A stretch of 32,000 nt of DNA. Source: Candidatus Methanoperedens sp. (lineage in GTDB: Archaea; Halobacteriota; Methanosarcinia; Methanosarcinales; Methanoperedenaceae). Both the position numbers and the translations under genes were made by a program. This document shows positions 15,585 to 23,200 of this stretch, piece by piece. Each line of letters starts with the position of its first letter. Positions within the stretch are counted from its first letter, which is position 1. The notes below the pieces were generated by a model. It was given only the letters and a program-made list of their open reading frames with translations, was not told where the DNA came from and made no database searches. The DNA lies in the NCBI GenBank assembly GCA_041494705.1, contig JBGQBI010000002.1, positions 270,001 to 302,000 of the forward strand. The letters are read 5' to 3'.

Positions 15585-16115
15585 ATGCTGACACTTGGAA
15601 TTGTGAACACCTACGACAAAATAAAGCTCCACGAGGCACATTACCGAAGTATTGCCAGGGCGGCGCCAATCGCATACGCTTTCGGGTTCAATCTCGCTCT
15701 TTTTGATTATCCCTTCAAAATGAACGCAGAAGAACTTGTGGATTTCGTGAAAGATAAAACCACAATCGGAGAGTCCGGGAAATATCTTAAAGAATTATTC
15801 GGCTCAGGAAAGTTTTTCGTTTTTGACCTTCCGGAAAAAGGATTCCAGCCCCAGTTCGGTTCGGTTGTAGTAACCACATCCCACCCTGCCCGCGAAAAAC
15901 AGCTCCAACTGCCCGCTCTTGCCGGCTTGATTAACAAGAAGAAATCATTTCTATTTCTTATCGGCCTCGGGCATAAGGGTCTTCCCGACAAATTATTTGA
16001 ACTCGCTCAGTATCACCTGGATATAACATCAAAAGGCGTTTCGCTTGAGACCTGCACGGCAATAGGGGCTGTGCCTGCTGTTATTTCAGGATGCGTGGAA
16101 AAGATGAAGGGATAA
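15585..16115 (+). CDS. SPOUT-superfamily-like protein (DUF531-like), putative RNA methyltransferase
   Basis: 176 aa. The C-terminal segment LIGLGHKGLPDKLFELAQYHLDITSKGVSLETCTAIGAV resembles the SPOUT trefoil-knot SAM-binding motif. The family name is from memory. Confidence 0.5.
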   Translation: MLTLGIVNTYDKIKLHEAHYRSIARAAPIAYAFGFNLALFDYPFKMNAEELVDFVKDKTTIGESGKYLKELFGSGKFFVFDLPEKGFQPQFGSVVVTTSHPAREKQLQLPALAGLINKKKSFLFLIGLGHKGLPDKLFELAQYHLDITSKGVSLETCTAIGAVPAVISGCVEKMKG

Positions 16116-16119
16116 AAAG

Positions 16120-16695
16120 TCATTTTGCTTCTTCATTTTCCTCTGAAAAACATTCCCGCAGGTCAAGAATATAATTAATGATGCAAATGCATGCAGAAGC
16201 CAGATATGCTTTTTCACCTATCGAAACTTTTTTGCCATATCTCAAAACGAACTCTTCGTCCTTCCTCGGAAGACCCACCTGATCCCCCAATACGAAAACA
16301 GGGTTTTCACCAAGGTCAATCGTCCTTATGCTCTCGCCGGATTCTTCAAGAACAAAGATATTCTTTTTCTCCTTTACAAGCTGTTGAAGGCTGCTTTTTT
16401 TTATAGAAATACCCGGATGTTCCCTGCCTGAAAGGACTTTCCTGAGGATATCTTCCCAGGTACGTTCATCCGTGCGGGCATCTCTTAATTTTTCCCCATC
16501 GACTACAAGCTCAAGAGGAGGATTTGGAGGTCCGCTGAGAATTGCATGGAATACGACATCCCTGCGCATGGCATGAGAACGGAACAGCGCCATCAGGATA
16601 GACTGGTACACAACATCCAGCCTTCCCGCTTCCCTTAGATTCTGGAATCTTGGATCAGTTCTTCCGGTTCGTGAATAGAGGATGAATTCGCGCAT
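16120..16695 (-). CDS. trmY: tRNA (pseudouridine54-N1)-methyltransferase TrmY (DUF358, SPOUT)
   Basis: The start is set at ATG 16695 (MREFILYSRTGRT...AGRLDVVYQSILMALFRSHAMRRDVVFH), directly after the upstream gene's stop at 16698. The track ORF extends to 16773 and would overlap that gene. Confidence 0.75.
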   Translation of the reverse strand: MREFILYSRTGRTDPRFQNLREAGRLDVVYQSILMALFRSHAMRRDVVFHAILSGPPNPPLELVVDGEKLRDARTDERTWEDILRKVLSGREHPGISIKKSSLQQLVKEKKNIFVLEESGESIRTIDLGENPVFVLGDQVGLPRKDEEFVLRYGKKVSIGEKAYLASACICIINYILDLRECFSEENEEAK

Positions 16696-16697
16696 AT

Positions 16698-17207
16698 TTA
16701 TGGTTCCTGCAATGGCAAGCCGCAACTGTTGCAAAATTTGGCTGATACCGGGTTTTCCAGGCCGCATGAGCACCTGGTTTTTTCTTCACTGGAAATGCTC
16801 TCAAGAAGGGATGATATCTTATCCATATTCTTATACAGGATTTTCCACAGAAAATATACCGGGACAAGCGCCAGGATGAAAAATATTATGAAATATATGC
16901 CATAGGGCAAACCGGCTGAGAACGGACTGAATGCCCCGTAAAGAGTCAGGACAATAAGCAAAAATATTAGCCATGAGACGATTGAGCGAACCTGCGGGAA
17001 TTCCGGTGATGACACCTCAAGCTGTTTATTGAACTCTTGCATGAAAGTTAATAACACAACTACGACTGCAAGGGATAGCGCAATGTCGATAAGATCATTG
17101 ACACCGCTGACTTTTTTGAGCATGATCATAGCGACAATTTTAACCAGGATTATCAAAAACAATGCAAATATCGCATTTATTATGGGTTTTAGCAATTCCT
17201 TTTTCAT
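16698..17207 (-). CDS. Polytopic membrane protein with C-terminal zinc ribbon
   Basis: 169 aa with about 4 TM helices. C-terminal CSCGLENPVSAKFCNSCGLPL. The ATG overlaps the upstream stop (ATGA at 17204-17207). Confidence 0.65.
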   Translation of the reverse strand: MKKELLKPIINAIFALFLIILVKIVAMIMLKKVSGVNDLIDIALSLAVVVVLLTFMQEFNKQLEVSSPEFPQVRSIVSWLIFLLIVLTLYGAFSPFSAGLPYGIYFIIFFILALVPVYFLWKILYKNMDKISSLLESISSEEKTRCSCGLENPVSAKFCNSCGLPLQEP

Positions 17208-18250
17208 GTCTGACCTTTTTGATTTTCAATATAATTAAGGTAAGCATCCATAAGGCCGAAACAGCCTGTAAGCATCATGTCGCCATAAGGCGCGGCAAAT
17301 CTTATGTCCAGATGAGAGCGGCGCATGATGCTGCGGTTCGGGCCTGTCACAAGTATTGAACCAATGTTATCAAACCCGACTGCTTCCCTGATATAACAGC
17401 CATGCCCGCCGTCATCGAATATTTCCTTGAATCCAAGCGTTCCCTTGCATAAGCGCTTGAGGTAATCATCGAGCTTGCCTGCTGTTATCTGATGTGTGTG
17501 ATGCTCGAATAACGAAAGAACGACTCCTTTATCCACAACGCCTGCAAGAGTGTGGCCGTTACCGATATTTACAACAAGTGAAGGATTTTTTGCATCCGCT
17601 CCAGAGAGAGCGCCTCTTATCGCTGCAAATCCCGTATCCATAAGAAGAGCACCGGGAAGTGTTCTTTCCACAGCTTTCATCCTTGAGAAACGCTCAGGGA
17701 TATTGCCTTTATAAACGAACGAGTTAAGACTCCCGCCATTTTTAATGATATCCCTGAAATACTCAAAACGGAATACGCGGTTGCTGGCATCAGGGGAATA
17801 TCCGTGGTCCTGCACCGCGACGGCAAACTTATTCGGGAAGGAAATGCCAAAGAGCGCCAATGCCTTTTTAAGGGCGGGCTTATCCACGTCGCACATTTCA
17901 ATCCTTGTTGCGTTTAACTCATCCGCTTCCTCTTCGCTGACCATGACCACTCCCATGTCCTTTACTTTGTTCAGGTTATCATTAACCGTGAGGGCGGCTC
18001 TTTCTGTCGCATATACCGCAAGTCCGGCTTCGATGTGCAGCCTGATAGCCCCAACGTATGGCCCACCGCCCATGGTTTCCCCGGCGAGGACGATAGCATG
18101 CCCGGCGCGGGTCTCCCTGGAAATCCTTTGCGCGACTATCTGCGTCTGCGACGGGAGGACCATCTTGAAGCAGTTTTCGATATTCTTTTTGCTGTCATAG
18201 AGAAGAATATCCTGTGTTCCCATTCCAACATCGATGGCAAGAAGTTTCAT
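17204..18250 (-). CDS. ASKHA-fold (actin/sugar-kinase-like) ATPase, DUF1786-like
   Basis: 348 aa. Phosphate-1 motif LAIDVGMGTQD, phosphate-2-like VVNIGNGHTLAGVV, and ILVTGPN. Confidence 0.7.
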   Translation of the reverse strand: MKLLAIDVGMGTQDILLYDSKKNIENCFKMVLPSQTQIVAQRISRETRAGHAIVLAGETMGGGPYVGAIRLHIEAGLAVYATERAALTVNDNLNKVKDMGVVMVSEEEADELNATRIEMCDVDKPALKKALALFGISFPNKFAVAVQDHGYSPDASNRVFRFEYFRDIIKNGGSLNSFVYKGNIPERFSRMKAVERTLPGALLMDTGFAAIRGALSGADAKNPSLVVNIGNGHTLAGVVDKGVVLSLFEHHTHQITAGKLDDYLKRLCKGTLGFKEIFDDGGHGCYIREAVGFDNIGSILVTGPNRSIMRRSHLDIRFAAPYGDMMLTGCFGLMDAYLNYIENQKGQT

Positions 18251-18318
18251 GGCATGTTATCCAGAAGATTTTACTTTATATAGCTATCTTTCAATGAAGA
18301 TTAACACAGTTTAATCAT

Positions 18319-18341
18319 ACCGCAAAGAACGCAAAGCGTGG
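18319..18341. repeat. Solo half-copy of the CGCAAAG heptad element (copy B)
   Basis: accgcaaagaacgcaaagcgtgg matches one arm of copies A and C. No partner arm was seen nearby. Confidence 0.5.
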
Positions 18342-18489
18342 TTATGCTATTCTTGCTGATAATTTACTATCTTCGGGATGAAATTTATAAAATATAAAAC
18401 TGGTAAAAAGTGTTAAATAGAAAACAGTAGATTAGAGGAATACCCGAAATCTTATTCTAAATGATGGATACTGCCATCATTCCAGATTT

Positions 18490-18576
18490 GACGAGATAGC
18501 CAAGCCCGGTATGGCGCAGGGTTGCTAACCCTGTGTTCCCACAAGGAACTCGGGGGTTCAAGTCCCCCTCTCGTCG
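18490..18576 (+). tRNA. tRNA-Ser (anticodon GCU), class II with long variable arm
   Basis: Folded by hand. Acceptor GACGAGA/TCTCGTC, D arm GCC...GGC, anticodon stem CAGGG/CCCTG with loop TTGCTAA, variable arm GTTCC-CACAA-GGAAC, T arm GGGGG-TTCAAGT-CCCCC, discriminator G. No encoded CCA. Confidence 0.9.
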
Positions 18577-18620
18577 CCTTGTACTGATGCTTTGCATGTG
18601 GTATTTTCATTTGCAAGGAA

Positions 18621-18818
18621 ATGAGCATGGCAGGCGGCAGGACAGGTTTTACTGATGTCTTTTGCGGCAGAGTGACTGCAAGCGGGCTGGCGAGGCATTA
18701 TACCGGGTACAGTCCCGAAGTGCTGAAAGAAATTTATGAGAAGGCGAATTTTGGAAATTCTAAAGTGATCGCCTACAAGGATTTGGTTAAGTATAAATAC
18801 ACGCATAAATACACTTAA
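18621..18818 (+). pseudogene. Possible C-terminal remnant of a tyrosine recombinase/integrase
   Basis: 65-aa ORF. GRVTASGLARHYTGYSPEVLKEIYEKA resembles the recombinase C-terminus (..G(H/R)....T..(I/H)YT.....L.E.Y.KA with catalytic Tyr). An in-frame stop 33 nt upstream limits it to a fragment. Motif-level recall only. Confidence 0.3.
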
Positions 18819-18822
18819 GAAT

Positions 18823-19050
18823 ATGGCACATAAGACATTAACAATTTCAGAAGAGGCTTATAAAGCGCTGGCTGAGCTTAAGAAAGAAGGAGAGAGCTTT
18901 ACTGATGTTGTAAAACGTATCACTGCACCTCTGCGGAAGAAACGTCTCAGTGAATTTATAGGTGTATTAAAAGACGATGAAGAATTTGAAAAAGCAGCAC
19001 TTGAGGTAAGGCACTCCCCCAGTACCAGATTGAAGAGGTTGGAACTGTGA
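18823..19050 (+). CDS. vapB: VapB-type antitoxin (archaeal COG1753/DUF217-like)
   Basis: 75 aa. TLTISEEAYKALAELKKEGESFTDVVKRI matches the archaeal PIN-associated antitoxin pattern. The stop overlaps the toxin start (GTGA). Confidence 0.75.
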   Translation: MAHKTLTISEEAYKALAELKKEGESFTDVVKRITAPLRKKRLSEFIGVLKDDEEFEKAALEVRHSPSTRLKRLEL

Positions 19051-19430
19051 CAGTCCTTGATAGTGATTTTTTAATATCTATCCTCAGAGGTAAAGGCATT
19101 TCAGAAATAACAGTGGACATGATAGAAGATCCAAAAACAACTATGATAAATGTCTTTGAACTTTATTACGGAGCTATGCGTTCCACAAAACCGGAAAAAG
19201 CGATATCAGAAACCAATTCATTACTTAAGTCCATAGATATTCTCGGCTTTGACAGGTCTGCGGCTGCGAAAGCTGCTGATATCCATGCCAAATTAATGAA
19301 TTCAGGAAGTCCGCTGGACATCCAGGACGTTCTTATAGCCGGGATTGTAATATCAAATAAGGAAGAACTTGTGACCAGAAATATTGATCATTTCAGCCGC
19401 ATACAAGGTCTCAGATGCAGGTCATGGTAA
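19047..19430 (+). CDS. vapC: PIN-domain ribonuclease toxin VapC
   Basis: 127 aa with a GTG start. Conserved acidic positions in VLDSDFLI, FELYYGA, LDIQDVLIAG and TRNIDHF. Confidence 0.8.
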   Translation: MTVLDSDFLISILRGKGISEITVDMIEDPKTTMINVFELYYGAMRSTKPEKAISETNSLLKSIDILGFDRSAAAKAADIHAKLMNSGSPLDIQDVLIAGIVISNKEELVTRNIDHFSRIQGLRCRSW

Positions 19431-19564
19431 ACTTCCTTTTTATTTTTATCTATCAGGACTGTTGTTTAGAAAAAGGTGGTATTGGTATGGGCACACTCCG
19501 TAAAATTTCTGTATTAATAGAGTCCCTGGTGGAGCCCACAGATTTAAACCGTGCTCCTCATTAA

Positions 19565-19597
19565 AACTCGATGATTCAAGTCCCCCTATCGTCGCCT
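19565..19597 (+). repeat. Direct repeat of the tRNA-Ser 3' end (att-like)
   Basis: aactcgatgattcaagtccccctatcgtcgcct compared with tRNA 18547-18579 aactcgggggttcaagtccccctctcgtcgcct gives 29/33 identical by hand alignment. The mismatches destroy the T stem. Confidence 0.6.
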
Positions 19598-19626
19598 GTT
19601 TTTCTCACTTTTTCGGTTACCAAATA

Positions 19627-20082
19627 TTATTTTACTTTAAGCGCTGCCCAGATTACAGTAGTAAAAAATCCCAGATAAACAACAACTACGAGAAAATATG
19701 AAATTAATGCCATAGAAAATGATGAAATGTTTTTGACCATGCTGATAGCCAGCATACTTGATGGGATTGCAGAGAACGAAACTGCGACTAAAAAAGATGT
19801 TAAATTTATGATTTTTTTTGTAGTTTCATTTATTTCTTTTTGAATAAGAATATAATATGTAATTGAAAATAAAGCAAAAAATATGAAAATCATTGTTACG
19901 GCGGTATCTTTTAAACCGATATATTTGCTGGCCAAAACTTCGGGAGTTTTAAAGGCAACTATTAAAGAACCGACTATCAATAAAATTTCAATTAATTTTG
20001 TTTTTTGGCTAATCTCATTCAAATAAAAGACATCTGATAATTTAGTATGGGTTACTTTTAACTGATTTATTTGTTGTTTCAT
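19627..20082 (-). CDS. Hypothetical 4-TM membrane protein, very AT-rich
   Basis: 151-aa ORF, hydrophobic. Hand-counted lines give 13-27% G+C. It lies between the two tRNA-derived repeats. Confidence 0.5.
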   Translation of the reverse strand: MKQQINQLKVTHTKLSDVFYLNEISQKTKLIEILLIVGSLIVAFKTPEVLASKYIGLKDTAVTMIFIFFALFSITYYILIQKEINETTKKIINLTSFLVAVSFSAIPSSMLAISMVKNISSFSMALISYFLVVVVYLGFFTTVIWAALKVK

Positions 20083-20147
20083 TCAAAACACAATTCTAGA
20101 TTTATTTATTGATATAAATCAGTTGTTGTGTTCTACGTCAGTAACAA

Positions 20148-20216
20148 GGTATCGGGAACGAAATCCCCGGGTTGCCCCTGTGTTCCCACAAGGAACCGGG
20201 AATTCGCCTCTCGCAG
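20148..20216 (+). pseudogene. Degenerate tRNA-Ser fragment (pseudo-tRNA / old attachment-site remnant)
   Basis: A 21/21 identical core ccctgtgttcccacaaggaac (20176-20196 = tRNA 18529-18549), flanked by GGTAT, GGGTTGC and CCTCTCG matches. T arm and acceptor cannot fold. Confidence 0.5.
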
Positions 20217-20224
20217 TCTATCAC

Positions 20225-23200
20225 TTATTTTTTCACTTCTTCGATACCTTTCTTTCCAAATTTGCCAAGGAGATTTCCGAGTATGCCTTTCGCGGTCAAT
20301 AGATAAATCGCTATTAACCCGATAACTGTTGCAATTCCTCCAATCAGGTAGTAATTTATTGGCTGTTCCTTAACTTCCAGTAACCCTTTCTGTCCCAGGA
20401 TTTCAATAGTATAATTGCCCGGCAGGGCTTCTTTTCTTGTAAAATTAATCCCCTTTATCTCACCGGGGGCAAGAGAGACTGACCTGTTGTCCACGACTGT
20501 CCCGTTAGAAATAAGTTCCACCTGTTTTGTGTCTGCTTTCGTGCCAGCATTTGTGATATTTGATGTTATTAACGTCTGGACATTTGTGAAAACCGCATTC
20601 GGTGCGATATTGATATCGAGGGCTTTATACTCGGAGAAGGGCAGCCTGATGGAAATCTCCCTGACAACGCTTATGTATTTGTCCTTGGAAGCCCCGAGAT
20701 TATGCGTCCCGCTGGCAGTAAATGAATAATTCAATATCCCTTTGGTATCTGTTGCCCCGATGACTGAGTTGTCCAGTGTAATACTCGCGCCGGCAATAGC
20801 CGTCCCGTTTGACTGGACTTTCATTGATACCGGGATTCCCTGGTCTATAACTGCCGGGATATCGATGCTCAACCTGTTGTCCACCCATTCTGCAACCTGT
20901 ATCGTCTTGACCGCTTTTTCATATCCCAGCTTGGTAGCCGTGATATTGTGCATACCGCTTCTGGTGAGGGTGTAATCAAGTTTGCCAGTGCTGTTGGTCG
21001 TCCCTATACTGACGTCATCGAAAGTTACCGCCGCGCCGTCAGCAGGAGATGAGCCCGCCGTTATTGCAATTGTTATCGTATCCTTTACACTCGGATTTGA
21101 GGGCACGGAAATTGAAAGCTGGTTTGCAGCAGCGAGGCTCCCGTTGACCAGTATGAAGGGATAAAATCTGATGTCATTGGAATCCGCTACATGGAACTTG
21201 ATATTTCCCATCACATCAATGATGCTGTTCGGGGAAAGGCTCACAGTTCCTGTATTTTTCATTTCTATCTTGTTATCGGAAACTTCAGTCACTTTCATAA
21301 TTCCATACTGGTCATTGGTGGTGACCGGTGTGATTGCTTCCGATATCTGGAATATTCCTTTTATGAACGCTGCATTAGCTTCCCGTCCTGAGAACACGGT
21401 TTCGATATGGGCGGCGATTACGGGCAGGTCGCTTACTACCCCGACCTTCTTTGTATAAACGTATGTACTTCCCGCCGCGATTGCAGTGGTGTCCACTTCA
21501 TTGCCGTCTTTTAATAGTGATAGAAGTACTATCTTTCCGCCTGTGATGTCAACATCCTTGACTTTGAGGACATATCCTTCATTCAATGTGAGCGTGCTTC
21601 CCGCATATACTGCGCGCTGGGTGTTGTCATCCGCCAGCACTTTATGGAGCTGCTTGCTGTTTATAGTGCTTATATCGATTTTTGATATGCCAGTCGCGTT
21701 GCCATTGCCAATATATCCGGCAAAATATTTGTTAGCCATGAATCCTATGACTTTATACGTGCCGAAATTCTTGTATTGGAAACTGACAGCCTGGGGTGAA
21801 GTTGTATAGACAAGAGCATTTTCTGCAACTGACCTGTCGGTCCTTGTCAGGGTTAATTTCTCAGAGCCTACGTCTTCATCTATGTCATAATAGAAACCTT
21901 CGAAATTCAGGGGGTTCCAATCAAATGTTGTCGGGTCTGTAGCCTGTGATATCGTACCGCGCACTTCATAAGTCCCGGCTTTCTGGACTGTTGGGGCAAA
22001 CCGCAGCACACTGCTGTTGTCTGCAACCACTATTTTCATATCTCCCATAAGGTCATTAAGAGAGCCTGGCGATAATGAAAGGGCGTTCTTGTTTTGCATC
22101 GTAATCCCTGTATCTGAAGCGCTTTTTATTTCCATTATGCCGTACATGTTGCCTGTATTTATCGAGGTAAAGCTTTCCGATATCTGGAATATGCCTTTCA
22201 TGAAAGCTGCGTTCGCCTCACGCCCCGAGAACACTGTGTCTATATGGACTGCGATAATCGGGACATCGCTTACCACGCCAACCCTCTTTGAGTATGTGTA
22301 GGTATTTCCCGCCGCGATTGCAGTGGTGTCAACTTCGTTGCCGTCTTTTAATAGCGATAGAAGTACTATCTTTCCGCCTGTGATGTCAACATCCTTGACT
22401 TTGAGGACATATCCTTCGCTCAATGTGAGCGTGCTGCCTGCGTATATTGCCCGCTGGGTATTGTCATCCATCAATATCTTGTGGAGTTGCTTGCTGCCAA
22501 TGGTGCTGATAGGCTTGCTTGTTATGCCGGTCGAGACTGCCGTATATGCGGCAAAATATTTCTCTGCCATGAATCCTATGACATTATACGAGCCCCATGG
22601 TTTGTATTGGAATGAAACGTTGTCCGGCTTTGTGGTGTATGTGATTGAATTTTCCGGAAGGTTCCTGTCAGTCCTGCTTCCAAGTTGTATCTGCAATGAT
22701 TCATTGCCCACGTTATTATCCACATCGTAATAGAAGGCATAGAAGCTCATCGGGTTCCATGTATATGTGAGGTTCATCTCTTTGCTTGCATCCCATATGC
22801 GGTTGCCGGTCTCGTATGTGCGGGAGCGGACTGTCCAGTTCCAGGTGTAGGAAGCTGTGCCGTTTGCGTTGTTACCCACAACTGTAATATTCCATGTGCC
22901 AGTTGAAGGGGAGTTATTCAGGTAATAATTTGAGGTTACCGAGGCATTGCTGGATACATTTGTGCCGTTAATATACCACGTTACATTTACGGTCTGGTCA
23001 AAAGTTACAGTGAAGTTCTGCGAGGCGAGTCCAATGGTTTGGACTGTTGCTGAAGGTGTGGTGTTTGTTATTCCCGGACCTGGTGGAACACCAGGCACAA
23101 AAGGAGAGAGACTCGTTACATTGCCTCGAACCTTATGAGCCACAATATCCCCCGAAGTTACATCCTTCCAAACACCACTTTCAAGATGATATAATCTTAC

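Larger units (their letters stand above)
18577..20216 (+). mobile_element. Decayed integrative-element array at the 3' end of tRNA-Ser (two segments bounded by tRNA-derived repeats)
   Basis: An intact tRNA is followed by a 29/33 copy of its 3' end at 19565-19597 and a degenerate larger copy at 20148-20216. Cargo: integrase-like remnant, vapBC and an AT-rich membrane gene. No intact integrase. Confidence 0.45.

Noticed and set aside
15438-15675. Two overlapping minus-strand ORFs (67 and 65 aa) in the speA / SPOUT-like intergenic region
   Set aside because: They run through the 66-bp palindromic repeat and into the start of the next gene. They are Arg/Cys/Phe-rich with no start context, so the repeat element explains the region better.
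18461-18480. Perfect 7-bp hairpin ATGATGG-N6-CCATCAT immediately upstream of tRNA-Ser
   Set aside because: It is short, AT-rich and a single occurrence. It could relate to tRNA promoter or processing context, but nothing distinguishes it from chance.
20148-20216. Second tRNA gene
   Set aside because: It shares a 21-nt core with tRNA-Ser, but no acceptor stem or T arm can be drawn on either strand. It is treated as a pseudo-tRNA or att remnant.
21486-22730. Plus-strand ORFs 21486-21809 and 22323-22730 with nearly identical N-termini (MVSTSLPSFNSDRSTIFPPVMSTSLTLRTYPS...), plus other antisense ORFs across 20415-23280
   Set aside because: They lie antisense to the 1294-aa S-layer gene. Their similarity is just the shadow of the duplicated module. 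Composition is low-complexity Ser/Thr/Pro/Leu and there are no start signals.
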